A DNA stretch of 64,000 bases. Source: the human T2T-CHM13v2.0 reference genome, Homo sapiens. Of this stretch, positions 1-13,713 are shown in pieces; position 1 is the stretch's first letter; every line of letters begins with the position of its first letter. The stretch is from NCBI RefSeq assembly GCF_009914755.1, contig NC_060925.1; one strand, 5' to 3'. Position numbers and translations under genes: made by a program. The notes below the pieces were generated by a model. The model saw nothing but the letters and a program-made list of their open reading frames with translations. It did not search any database and had not been told where the DNA came from.

Positions 1-104
1 AGGCATCAGTACAGTTTTGATGAGCTTTTCTGTGGGAAGCACTGCACTGAGTGCCAAGAACTTACAAAGGTATAGGGAGAGAGGTCTTTGTGCTCAGACA
101 CAGC

Positions 105-478
105 TGTAGACGCAATTGTATCCCTGCAAAAATCTGTAAGTTGAAGCCCTAATTCCCAATGTGATGAGAACTGGGATGGAGTCTTTGGAAAGTAATTAGG
201 TTTAGATGAGCTCCTAAGGGTGGGATCCCCATGATGGGATCAGTGCCCTTATAAGAAGAGATACCAGAAAGCTTCCTCACTCTGTCTCTCCTTGTGCCAT
301 ATAAGGACGAAGCAAGAAGGCAGCTGTCGGCAACCTAGGGAGAGAGGCCTCTCCAGAAACTGACCATGTCCAGGCCTTGGACTTCTAGTCTCCAAACTGT
401 GAAAAAAACTAATTTATGTTGTTTAAGCCACCCAGTCTATGGTATATTGCTATGGTAGCCTGAGCTGACTTAGATAGA
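105..478 (+). mobile_element. MaLR solo LTR, MLT1A0-like
   Basis: Matches recalled MLT1A motifs: gttgaagccctaa, taattaggtttagatgag, atgatgggatcagtgcccttataagaagag, gtttaagccacccagtctatggtat; ~370 bp. Confidence 0.85.
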
Positions 479-639
479 CACTGACTTAGATAGGACAGGA
501 CAGACACTTATATCTGGGTTCATGAAAGCAATTCAGACAGGATGAAGAAGTTGTACATAAAGATCCTATATAGAAATACTTATGCCCTTTAATAGAGAAG
601 GTTTAGTGTACAGATAATAATTATCATATTACTATTGCT

Positions 640-800
640 ACCAATTACTAATATTTAACACAACATCTTCTCATTTAGTCCTCAAAACAATCCTATGAGA
701 AGCTGAAATCTAGAGAGACTAGGTAATTTCCCCAGAGCACACAGCAGTAACTGGCTGACAGAGTCAACCCCAGCTATGACTCCAAATCCCCTGACTCCAC
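640..800 (-). mobile_element. MIR fragment
   Basis: tcatttagtcctcaaaacaatcctatgag ... ggtaatttcccagagcacacagc is the reverse complement of the MIR core. Confidence 0.65.
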
Positions 801-1468
801 TCTGGCATCATGCAGCAGGTGGTAAGGCAGGACTTTTGTAGCAAAGCTTCCAGCACTGCTGAAATATAGCAGGTAGAAACTCAGCAAACAAAGCCTAGAT
901 TCAAGCCATCCAAAAAAAAACACAATAGGGCACTTATTTTTAGCTCCTGCCAAGACAAAAGAAAATAGCAGCTTCTTATTTGTGAAATGACTGTCCCTTT
1001 TGAATTAATCCAATGTGAATAAAAAGATAGCATCAAAGTTGGACTTGGATATTGCAGCCAATCTCAAAAGATTCTGGAGGGGACTTTGTATGATCAAGGA
1101 TAATCTTAAATCACAATCCCTTTCAGGTAAATGTGAAAACTGGGAATGCTTTAATGCTTTAAAATGAATAACAATACATTTCACAGATTTTAGATTTGAA
1201 ATGCACAGCACTCTGTTCTCCCTGCTCTCAGAAAACCTGTGCTCTGAAGTGAATTCACCGAGGGCTAAAAAGTTCAGTAACACCTACTGAGTTATTGCAG
1301 AATGGCTTTTTTTTTTTTTGTCTGAAGCTCTCTGTTCATTGAGCATTATATTCTCAAGAACAGTGTAATATTAAAGAAAAATTGTCTCACAAATCAGTAA
1401 AGGCATGTTTTGTCAACCATCTGGTAAGCTGTTAAATGGATGCTTTTTTTGTTTTTTCCTTTTTCCAG

Positions 1469-1555
1469 CCAAATGATTTCAACACAATCTACTACCAGAT
1501 GTCTTCTGTTTCTGAACAAATGATGACAGGAAGCAATTTCTGTCTCTCCACAAAG
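1469..1555 (+). other. Candidate exon-like segment (unverified)
   Basis: Long pyrimidine tract ending ttttccag| and a weak donor AAG|gtataa; 87 nt, open in frame 0 (PNDFNTIYYQMSSVSEQMMTGSNFCLSTK); no recognisable protein. Confidence 0.2.
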
Positions 1556-2144
1556 GTATAAATAGCAAATAATCTTGGCTTCATTTAAAGTGTAATGCAA
1601 CAAACTGTGGAGCCCTGAACCCAACATACACTATTCAGTTTTCTTATGGACATTTTTTATTTCCCAAGATTATTTCAAAGAATAAGAGAAATAAATGATA
1701 CATTCATAGATAAACAGATGATAAATGTTGGCTCTATTTGTTTTGTTATAGAAATAAAAATTTACCTCAGGAATTATAAATTGTGTTTATAGAGTAGAAT
1801 TCAATATTACAATGAAATGTGCCATAAGAAAATGTTCAGCTGGTTAGCATTTAAAGATATGCATTACGGTTGGTGCTCTGCAAGCTAATTATGCAAAGCC
1901 CAAATTCATATTAATCGTGTAATTTTTATTTTTCTAAAAACTTACTTTTATGTGTCAAATGACATATCCCTCATTGTTCTAAAAGAATTTAAAGTAGATT
2001 GCAACAAAAGATATAAAAAAGAAAAACAGAAAATGTCCAGGCAAAAAATTAAAAGAAGATGCAAATATTTTGACTACAAATAACATCATTGCTGCCACTG
2101 GAATTTAAATTGGCTCTGCACATTTTCTTAATAAGGCCAAACAC

Positions 2145-2213
2145 ATAGATAGATAGATAGATAGATATATAGATAGATAGATAGATAGATAGATAGGTGA
2201 TAGACAGAGATAG
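2145..2213. repeat. (GATA)n tetranucleotide microsatellite
   Basis: Run of tagataga units with one tata interruption, degenerating at the 3' end. Confidence 0.95.
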
Positions 2214-3002
2214 AACATAGTAAATTTTATGCCTGTTCTTATACCATTGTTGCATAGGAAGAAATATATTAACCCTTCAGAGAAGAAGAATTCTGGCACT
2301 AAATTTAAATCAAAAGTTACGGGCAAAGGGAAGGGAATTGCTGAATAAAAAAGAAACATATTCTTAAAGCCCCTTTGAATAATTTTCAAAATATCAACCA
2401 GAAAGTTTCTACACAGATAGACCAAAATGACAACTTAAATATTCCAAGTGCTTCAAGACGACAGGGTCATCTTCAGAAGATGCTGCAACAAAGACAGGAT
2501 TGATTTTATTTTCTCAGGGCTGCAGTGGATGAGGATCACAGACAGGTGACTACAGGATCCAGGTAGGTAACAGAGACTATGGATTCAGCCAGAGATAAAA
2601 CAACAGAGATGTGGTAAGGCCTCTGGCAAAAAGAGAAAAGGCAGGTACCAGCAGAGAGTATGTGCCTAACTAACCCTACAAGAAACAGGATGCTAACAGC
2701 ACATTCTCTGGGAGGAAATTCAGCTCATAGGTGGTGTGATTATGTTCTGAGTTGCAGGAAAATAAAAATCACTTGCAAAATACTTCATGTCAGATACATT
2801 ATTGGTAATAACACACAACATCAAAATGAGGTTTTAAGCATGCACAACTTAAAGTATCCACACCATGAAGGATGTAGTAGGTCATGGCAAGGTAACACTT
2901 CAGTAATTAGAAAAAGCCAGATAAGTTAACCAATATTATACCTTTAAATATGTGGAAGAGCTGTGGAAGCCATTAGGACTAGATACACTAAAATCACAAA
3001 AA

Positions 3003-3166
3003 GGGCTGGGTGCAGTGGGTCACAACTTTAGTCCCAGCTACTCAGGAAGCTGAGGTGGGAGGATTGCTTGAGCCCAGGAATTCAAGTCTGCAGTGAGCTA
3101 TGATAGCACCACTGCACTCCAGCCTGGGTGACAGAGTGAGACCCTGTCTCAAAAATAAATAAATAA
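3003..3166 (+). mobile_element. Free right Alu monomer (FRAM-like)
   Basis: Single ~150-bp monomer ggctgggtgcagtgg...gattgcttgagcccagg...gagaccctgtctc plus (TAAA)n tail. Confidence 0.85.
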
Positions 3167-3947
3167 GTAAAATCTGATAACATGACTTCTGGTTTGAGAA
3201 AAGAAAGCAAAAGAGCTAAGCCCAAAATGTCCTATGGTGAAACTGAATCTCCTGTTATTTTAGGGCTGAGAAGACACACCCCCAAGTACTTAGAGAAAAG
3301 CCCAAGGAGGTCACACGGAAGAATAAGGATAGCCCTGTCCTGGAAAATACTCATGTATCATGTGATCTAGTATTTTATCTCTGAAAATAATGTCATTTTC
3401 TTTGGTAACCCCCAAATTTAGGAATACAACCCAAATATGATCTTCCTTTATAAGCCAGGATAGGTCTTCTATATGTGGATTTATTTAAATTATTAATACA
3501 TTTGTGTTTTAAACCTTGCTACCACTATAAAAATTTGGTCACCAACAACATTATTTTCTAATTTCATTTATTAGCTAATTCAATTTATAACAGTTTTAAT
3601 CCAGTCACTTCTAATTTCTACTTTATTGCTGCAAGGCCTTAAAATATTTAATGATTCTCATTGTATCTTTTTTTGCATCTTGTTGAAACTTCTTTTAAAA
3701 TACATAATTAACATACAAAGATATTTTCTGTGTTAAAACACTTTTTAATAGATATCCTGTGACCTTATCCAATATTACTGTCTTCCTTGGAAGTAATCTG
3801 GTGTGAATACTTCCAGGCCTTTTAAAAATACATTTAGAGTTATGTAAGTATACTTGAAGGAATATTTAATTTCTTATATGAAACATTTATGCTAGCATTT
3901 CATAGTATGTTGCAACTTGATTTATTCAAGTCAAAATACAAACTGCT

Positions 3948-4320
3948 TATCTTAGTCAGTTTGGGGTGCTATAATAAAATATCATAGGACTAGGTGGCTT
4001 AAACAACATTTATTCCTCGCAGTTCTGAAATCTGCCACCATAACCAAGGCGGCAGTAGATCCAGTTTCTGGTGAGGGCCACTTCCTGTTTGCAAATGGCT
4101 GCCTTCTCCTTGTATCCTCACCTGGCAGAGAACAGAGAGAGAGAGAAATTCTATGCCTCCTCCTCTTTACAAGGGCACCAACTCTATTATAATGGGCTCA
4201 CCTTCCTGACCTAATCTAATCCTAATTAGCTCCTAAAAGCCCCACCTTCAAATATCATCACATGGAGGATTGGGACTTCAATTTATGAATTTTGGGGCCA
4301 CAAATGTTCAGTTTATAACA
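3948..4320 (-). mobile_element. MaLR solo LTR, MLT1A-like
   Basis: tatcttagtcagtttggggtgctataat...ggtggcttaaacaac...cacaaatgttcagtttataaca is the reverse complement of MLT1A. Confidence 0.85.
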
Positions 4321-5049
4321 CTCCTCATATGGATCCATGCCTCTGTATTAAATAACAAGAACCCTTGGATAGAAAGTGATCTGTGTCAAGTAAGAAAACA
4401 ATCATCCACCCTGTAGAATCTTGGTCATAGAGAGAAGTTCATTCAGTCTATCAGTCTTTCATTTTAAAAAAAGTTTCTAATTGTATTTCTCACAGCTGTT
4501 CTTCGTGTTGTCTATTTTCACTAAATATGTTGTTGTCCATACATTTCTTGTCCTTTTTGGCTTTTATGTTGGTCACCTGCCTCTTCTGGCTGCAAGGCCC
4601 TTTTTCACAGCAACACATGTTTAAGCCCACAGGGCCTTCAAGAATTGCTCAATGACCCTTTCTCCAAAGCCACTTTATTTTTCCATTTGAAAATGGTGCT
4701 CTCTTGGAAACGTCACTAAAACTTAAAACTATTTCCCCCTTGAGTTAGAGATTCACTCGTTTCCCAGCAATCCCCTCCCCCTGCCCCAGTCCTCATGTTC
4801 CATGGTCTAAGAAATCCCCCTCTTGATGAACTCCCATTACATTTCATATGTTCCCCTCTGTGGAATCAATAAAAAGTCTACCTTGTATAACAAAGCACAT
4901 TTCACAAACTAGATGGCAGAGGGAAGGCCCTCTGGCTACTTGGTTAGGACTCACAGATGAGCAGTTTACTTGAAGGCTCTATGACATTAATGCTTACTAT
5001 TTTTTCTTTTCTTTTTTTTAACTTTCCTTGTCTCTTCTCTGACAGTTCT

Positions 5050-5220
5050 ACAACTTTATTGAAGTATAATGGACATGCAATAAACTGCATGCATTTAAAA
5101 TGTAGAATTACATGTTTCGACATATTTATTCTACTGAGAAACCAGCAACACAATCAAAATAGTGAACATATATGTTCACCACCCTCAAAAGCATCATCAT
5201 TCCCCTTTGTATCCCTTTTG
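5050..5220 (-). mobile_element. Old L1M 3'-end fragment
   Basis: caactttattgaagtataat...aataaactgcat...tttaaaatgta, typical antisense L1M 3' terminus. Confidence 0.6.
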
Positions 5221-5491
5221 TTCATAAATTCTTTCTTTAATTAGATTGCCATACAATTGATACATTATAGATTCTTTTAAATATTCATGATATTTTACTA
5301 CTTCAGGCTAAACCTTGCCTTAATTAAATTTCATCAAGGCCCTTATCTTCCACCTCTCATTAGGAATTATCTTATTCCCTAAAATACTGTTTTTCAACCT
5401 TTTTTTCCTACACAACCCATTCCCATCAGTAACTCTTCTCACTACATAGCCTTATAATACAAACGCTTACTCTTAAATGTGACTCAACTGA

Positions 5492-5827
<336 letters not shown>

Positions 5828-6398
5828 TTAGACACTCTATAATAAAACGCAACTCTATAAACTACCCAAACATAAGAATTCACTATACTATGAATGTGAT
5901 ATTTTAGAACAAGATGGCAAAAATAATTTTTCGACTTTTAAAGAAATGAATTCCTAGACAAAACAGACCTATTAACAGTTCATAAAATAATTCACTCAAC
6001 AGGTACTAATTTCTACCACCACCATCACAAATAAACCTCGCCTAGAAGATCACTGCCAAAGAAAACTTCTCAACCATTACATCATCCATTATATTATTGT
6101 AACTATCTACCTGGAGTGTAAAAACTTTAATATTCAAGGAACAAAATCACTTGAAACAAATCTTTTATGATCATACATTTTAAAATCAATGGCCATTATA
6201 AAAATTGTAGAATGGTTTTCATAGGGAGCATCACATAATGATGGTGTAATTCACCAGGCCACAAAAGGACAGCCTACAAGGTACGGATGGACTTATGCAG
6301 ATTTTACCAGATGATGGCAGGAAGGGTCATTGTAGCAAATCTCTGGTGATGCGTGAATTGTGACAATTCCCAGTTGTTAGATTTGAGGAGGGGATAAC

Positions 6399-6410
6399 TG
6401 TGTGTGCGTG

Positions 6411-6462
<52 letters not shown>

Positions 6463-6525
6463 GGAGGGAGAGAGGGAGAGAGATGGAGAGGGAGAGAGGG
6501 AGGGAGGGGGAGAGAGAGAGAGAGA
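6399..6525. repeat. Compound (TG)n-(GA/GGGA)n microsatellite
   Basis: TG run followed directly by a purine-only GA/GGGA tract. Confidence 0.95.
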
Positions 6526-6555
6526 AACAATAAGTTTTTTGAGAGGCTAAAATAT

Positions 6556-6646
6556 TTTTAAACAATTTAGAAAATTTCTTAATCTAGAAAATATCAGCAT
6601 GGGACTGATCATTTCCAGATTAAAAAATGTTCTAAATTGTTTAAAA
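6556..6646. repeat. Inverted repeat: 42-bp arms, 7-nt loop
   Basis: 6556-6597 versus reverse complement of 6605-6646: 37/42 identical, ungapped; loop catggga. Confidence 0.95.
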
Positions 6647-6996
6647 CATGCTCTTCCACTAAACTCTAATTCTGAGTTGATGGGCTTACGTTAAAATTCT
6701 GAGGGTACTCACACAGCTACTTGGCACTGATTTCAGAGTGAGTTCTTGTTCCCAATTTATGTTTGGATCTCCCACAGTGCAGAGCCTTTATCAAACTTTT
6801 GTTGGTTGAGATGTAAACGGAATTAGTAATGCAGAGAACAAGCCCAATGCTGAACACAAGCATATAAACTAATGAAACAGGGCTGTTGCTTTCAAAACAG
6901 TCACTTCTGTTTCATTTGCTCATTTATTAATTGTGAGATAGTGTGGCAGTCACAGACAGAAATATATGAAGAAAAAAGCATACCAATCAGTGGCAG

Positions 6997-7232
6997 AGAG
7001 TATAGTCATAATGGCATGGCAGAGCCAGACTGTTTGGGTTTGAATGTTGACTCCAACGTTTACAGATAAACTTAGAAAAAATACTTCATCTGTGTTTCAT
7101 TTATAAAATGCAGATCATACCAACACCTACTTTACAACATCATTTTAAGGATTAAATAAGTTAACATAAGTAAGGTGCAAAGAATAGTGCCTGACATAGC
7201 ACAGCATTATGTAAGTTCTAGCTATTATTGTT
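6997..7232 (+). mobile_element. MIR
   Basis: agccagactgtttgggtttgaat...ataaaatg...aggattaaataagttaac...atagtgcctgacatag. Confidence 0.75.
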
Positions 7233-7314
7233 CTAATATTTCTTTTATATTAATTTGGATTTAACATTCAAATAATTAGAAAAAAATAGGTAGATATGAG
7301 ATAACTTGTGCCCT

Positions 7315-7900
<586 letters not shown>

Positions 7901-7936
7901 GAGACTGGTATACTTTTCTCAGTTCTAGTTAAAATA

Positions 7937-8280
7937 TAGTCATATATTGGTTAACAATGGGAATATGTTCTAAGAAATGTATCATTTGGCAGTTCCATTT
8001 CTGTGTGACATCACAGAGTATATTCACACAAACCTAGATGGTATAGCCTGTTACACACCTAGGCTATATGGCATAACCTACCAATCCTAAACTACAATTA
8101 TGTATAGCATGATACTGCACTGAATACTGCAGGCAACTATAACAGAATAAGTATTTGTATCTCTAAATATATATAAACATAGAAAAGGTACAGCAAAAAT
8201 ATAGCATTATCATCTTATGGGACCACTGTTGTATTTGCAGTTTGTCATGAACCGAAATGTCCTTATGTGATGAGTGACAG
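7937..8280 (+). mobile_element. Tigger3a (MER7A) TcMar DNA transposon
   Basis: cacaaacctagatggtatagcct..acacacctaggctatatgg...aaacatagaaaaggtacag...tcttatgggaccac; ~345 bp matching the recalled consensus end to end. Confidence 0.9.
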
Positions 8281-9039
8281 CACCTTCCCAGGGAAGGCCT
8301 CCTATTGCTCATTCCTGAGGCAGCTCCCCAAGGTCCAGATGGATGAGGAAAGGAACAGCTCCCAATGTGACAATGGCTGCAGGGTATTCCAGAGCACTCT
8401 TCAACATCAGTAAAAATGTTTTGACATATAAACAAGATAATTTAAGGGCAAAAATAAAGTTCTCCCTCTGCTAGCTTTCCTCAATTAGCTGTTCTCTTTA
8501 AGCTCGATAAGACTCCAAGAGCAAAAGAACATCTCTCAACTTCCTGACGCTTTCCAGCACTTGGGACAGGACTGTAGCTGAAATGTTATGGCTGTGTATT
8601 ATAAACTCAGAAACGGGGTTTTAATAAACAAAAACCACTTTATATGCTGTTTAAAAACGTGCTGCAATCTGTTAAACATGTGGGTATGTGTGTGCATCTG
8701 TGCGTGTATTTTTTAATGACATTCTTGGAACTTGTATTTTCATCCGAAGAACAATGTTTTCTTCAAAATAATTCCTGGTGTATCATAGAGAAGACACTGT
8801 GTTATCCTCTTGCGTGTCCAGCTTTAAGTGCAATGTGTGGCACACAGAAGTGGCTCAACAAATAATCCTCTAAAAAGGGAATGAGCTGATGAATGAAATG
8901 AATGGATGAATGGAGTGGGGGAGAGGTAAAATCTTTTTGATTTTATTAGTTGTAATTCAAAAGTTACCACACAGGGGATTAAAAAAAAAAGAAGAAGAAG
9001 GGAGAAAGAGTAGTGTTCCAGATTAAAACTTGGGCAGGG

Positions 9040-9340
9040 AATCAGTGTTCTAGATTAAAAGCAACTTCAAAAGCAAATGCAAAGGGGTGCTTAATTAGAT
9101 CTTGTTTTTTTTTTTAAAGCAGCTGTATAAAGCAATATGGGACAAGTGGGGGAATTTGAATATGTGCTGGGTACTAGACAATATGAGACAATTGTACTAA
9201 TTTTGTTCTTTTGATAATGATACTAAAGTTATGTAAGAAAGCATTCTTTCTTCTTAGATCTGTATAGTGAAGTATTTGGAATAAAAAGTAGGATGTTTAA
9301 TATTTACTTTTAAGTATCTTAACAAAGAAAAAGCAAAGAT
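9040..9340 (+). mobile_element. L1MC-class 3' fragment
   Basis: gggacaagtgggggaatttgaatatg...tgataatg...gttatgtaagaaa...tgaagtattt. Confidence 0.55.
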
Positions 9341-9744
9341 AGCCAAAATTTATGGTATATATACACATGGGAAAGAAGCTCCCGAAAGCAAAGGTGCTCA
9401 AGTAGCTCCAAAATTACTTCATTATCTTGAGGGTTTATTGTTAACAGGTATAAAAAATACTTTTCTTTTTTATCCATAGAAAGAAACCAAGGACACTCTC
9501 AAAATGACCCTAACTTAATTTTTCAGTAGTTTTTAAACACCACACCTGAGACAAACCAAAATACTCACTCTTCCGAAAGAAGATAAGATGGCATGCTGTT
9601 CATATCCTGCAACCTTTTGTAATATCCCCTGCTCTCATCTCAACCTCTGAAGATCCAAACCACCAATTAAGGTCCAGGTGAAGTACAACCATGACTATGA
9701 AACAGCCCCAGCTGGAGGTCATTTCGCACTGCTCGACCCCAAGG

Positions 9745-9930
9745 GTATTAGCACTTTGGTGAACATTGGAATCACCTGGGGTGCTTTAAAACGTTTCCAA
9801 TTCCAAAACCATCCCTCCAGAGACTGAGATTCAATTGGGATAGACTGGAGACAAGAAACTTGAATTTTAACTAAATGCCCAAGGTGAATTTAATGCAGGT
9901 GCTCTGAGAACTTCATACTGAAACAAATGC
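9745..9930. mobile_element. MER5A-like hAT relic
   Basis: cattggaatcacctgggg..ctttaaaa...ccctccagagactgagattcaattgg...ccaaggtga. Confidence 0.6.
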
Positions 9931-10261
9931 TTAAGTAAACACATTTTTTAACCTTTTTGTTTTAAGTGCATGTTCTTTCCACCATATATTTAATGAGCTT
10001 AAAAACAAAAATCACAATTTATAGGTTGTGTTGCTCCCAAGAATCTGGCACGGTATCCTCTCATATAAGGCAATATTAAATATTTGTTGGAAAACGTTAC
10101 AGTTAGCAAGAAAAGAGTACTAATTATCCCTAAGAATTGATATTTATTTAAATATTGTTCTATTTCAGTTTAAAAAAATATTTAAATTTGTTGCACTAGT
10201 ACCCCTAGGTTTTTAAAAAAAACTCCTCATCACATTTATAACTTTAGGTTGTAACTGAACT

Positions 10262-11360
10262 GCAAATCGACAGATGAATTGAATTTTTAAATGTGTTTTA
10301 TATATATATGTATATACATATATATACACACACATACATATATACACAAATCGGCTTTTTTAAAAAAGGAAATTCTGTCATTTGCAACAACCTAGATGAA
10401 TCCAGAGGACATTATGCTAAGTGAAATAAGCCAGGCACAAAAAGACAAATACTGCATGATCTCACTTACATGTGAGTCGAGCTTATAAAAGTAGAGAGTA
10501 GAATTGAGGCAGGAGAGTAGAGTCTGGAGGCAGAAAACTTCAGGCGTTTCACGCTGACTTCCTAGAACTAAAGTGAAAGGAAAACCCTAACTTTCCATAC
10601 CTAAGTAACAAAGGAACCAGAAGTTACTCCCTTTGCAAACCCCCACCTTTTCTGCGGGGCAGATGGGAAATTGAAAGTCCCTCTGATTTGTTGCTTTTTG
10701 CAACCAATCAGATGTTTGCATAGGAGTGTAACTTTGTAACTTCACTTCAGCCTCTTTGGTTGCTGTCTACAACCAATCAAACTGATTGCCGGCAACTACT
10801 TCATTTACGTGAGATTAAACACCAAGTTGCCAATGGGAAACCTCTAGCCGGTATTCTGTATCTGGGCCCTTGAGCCGGCTGCTCGGTGGCTCCCACAATG
10901 TGGAGTGTACTTTCATTTTCAATAAATCTCTGCTATCGTTCTTTCGTTGCTTCGTTTCTTTGCTTTGCTGTGCGTTTTGTCCAATTTTTTGTTCAAAACG
11001 CCATGAACTTGGACAATTTGCAGTCAAGACCCCCTACTGGTAACAGAATTATGGTTACCAGGCTGGGAGAAGGGGCTGACCAGGGAAAGAGGAGACTTTA
11101 GTCAGCAGGTATAAAGTTTCAGTTATACAGGAAGAATAACTTCTGATGATCCATTGCACAGCATGGGGACTATAGTTGATAATAATGTACTTCCTACAAG
11201 AGTAGATTTTAGAAGTTCTCACTACAAAGAAATAATAAGTACAGGAGGTGGAGGATATGTCAATCAGCTTGATTTGATTATTCCACAATGTATGCAGGTA
11301 TTGAAACACCACATTGTACCCCATAAATATATATAATATTATTGACAATTAAAAATTTTT
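10262..11360 (+). mobile_element. L1MA-class 3' end, split by MER51 LTR
   Basis: ctgtcatttgcaacaac...attatgctaagtgaaataagccaggcac...gtagagagtagaat|LTR|atggttaccagg...; L1 sequence is continuous across the LTR. Confidence 0.85.
10505..11045 (+). mobile_element. MER51-family ERV1 solo LTR
   Basis: TG...CA termini (tgaggcaggag ... ctggtaaca), 4-bp TSD gaat at 10501-10504 and 11046-11049, CCAAT boxes, aataaa near 10921. Confidence 0.9.
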
Positions 11361-12363
11361 TAAACCGTAGGTCATATATACACACACACTATTATGGTCA
11401 AGATTTTTACTTGTGTTTTTTTATACAGTCATATATTTACAATCACTACAATTTAGATAATGGCTTATCAGCCTTTCACAGATTTTTTTTTTTTTTTTTT
11501 TGCTGAGTGTTTCAAATTTTCTTTAATAGCATTATCATATTTTTGGTAGATTTTAGAAATTGTGATAATTTCTTAAATTATACAGAAAATGTGTGTGTAT
11601 ATATATATATACATATAAACATTGTAAATATATGTACAAATTTCCTCCACAATTTAAGAAATCATCATAAGTTTTAAAGTCTACCAAAAATGCATACACA
11701 CATATATTTGTATATATGTGTGTGTACAAAGAGAGAGGAGTTGACTTTAGCTAATTAATATTTGATGTAAATGAGGCAATGACTCCAAAATTAGCCTCCT
11801 GGTATTTACACCCTAAATGTCACCAGCTGGCTCACAAATAGCAGTTGGCTTGGACATCAGGAAACTAGTGAAAGGCATGTAGACAAACAGAAATTTATCC
11901 CCATCCTTCCATTTTTTTCCATGTACCCTTCATTCTTAGTACAAATGTTGACACCTATATTACATCTACATACAATATAAACCATCAATAAAATATAATA
12001 ATTTTCCCTTAAGCAGGCATATATATTTTTAAAAATTAAGAAGAGAAATATAAAAAAAAGTTATATATTTTTTAACATACTTCCTCTTTCTAGTGCTCTT
12101 CATTTCTTCCTGTAGATACAGGTTGGCATCCCCATATTATTTCACTTCACATTAAAGAACTTCATTTTAGCATATCTTGTAGTGCTGGTGTGTAGAAAAT
12201 TTCATTTTGTTTATCTGTAGATGTCTTTATTTTTGAGGAATAGCTTCACTGAACAATAGTTCTTGTTTGGCAGCTTTTTGTTTTCCTTCTGCACTTTGAA
12301 TCTATTGTTCCAATGTCTTCCGGATTCCATAGTATACCAAGAAATCAGTCATCGTTATTACTA

Positions 12364-12640
12364 TTTTAGGAGACAGGGTCTCACTCTGGGCCCAAGCTGG
12401 AGTGCAGTAGCATAATCACAGTTCACAGCAGCTTAGAACTCCTGGGCTCAAAAAATCCTCCCACCTCAGCCTCCTGAGTTGCTGGAACTACAGGTATGCC
12501 CCACGCCAGCTAATATTCTTTATTTTTTTGGAGGGATCACTTTATGTTGCCCCAGCTGTTCTCAAAGTCCTGGCCTCAAGTGATCACCCATCTCAGCCTC
12601 CCAAGTAGCTAGGATTACAGGTATGAGCCACTACACCTAG
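12364..12640 (-). mobile_element. AluJ
   Basis: gagacagggtctcactct...ctcctgggctcaa...tcctcccacctcagcc; diverged dimer. Confidence 0.9.
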
Positions 12641-13506
12641 AAATCATTATCTTATCAGTAATTTCCCTATATGTATCTCCCATTTTTTTTCTGGACTTGC
12701 TGCTTTCAATATTTTTATTTTGGCATTTTGATTATTATGTGTCCAGGAGTAACATTCTCTGTTTATCCGTCTTCAAGTTTGTGGAGTTTCTTGAAACTGT
12801 AGATTAATGTTTGCTTAAACTGTGGTGTTTGGGACATTGTTTAGTCAAGTATTTTTCTAATTCCCTTCTTTTCTCTTCTTCTGGAATTCCAATTACACAT
12901 ATCTTAGACTGCTCCATAATGTCCCAGAAGTTTATGACGTTCTGTTTATATTTTTTACCTTCTTTTCTCTGTTCCTGGATTGTGTAAATTCTATTAATCA
13001 TTTTTCAAATTCACAATTTTTGTCTTCTTTTACTTTCACTCTTCTGTTGATTATCTAGCATTTAAAAAGTATCAGTTACTGTACTTTTCACCTCTAAAAT
13101 GTTGCATTTTGATGAAGTTACCATTTCTCTGTTTAGAAATCATTCTTTTAAGTATTTGACCATATTTTCTTTAATTTTAAAATGTATAATCACTGCTTAG
13201 AAGTCTTTTTCTAGTAAATTCAACACCTGGGCCAACTCAGAGTCAGTTTCTATCAACTACCTTTTTTCCCTAAGCATGGGCCACAATTTCCTGGGGATTT
13301 TTGTTTTGGTTTGGTTTTCGTTTTGCATGTCTTAGAAATTTTGGTAGAAAACTGGACATTGTATATAGTATGTTATAGCTACTTATAATTCTGTATTGTT
13401 CTTCTAAGAATTATTGGGGTGTTATTCTAGTACACAGTTAACTTGCCTAGATTCAAACTAAAAATACTGCATCATCCTATGTTAGGTAGCCTATGGCATC
13501 TTATAG

Positions 13507-13713
<207 letters not shown>

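Noticed and set aside
4905-4922. CTCF-like actagatggcag
   Set aside because: Lacks the 5' CC of the core; a partial motif alone is not supportable
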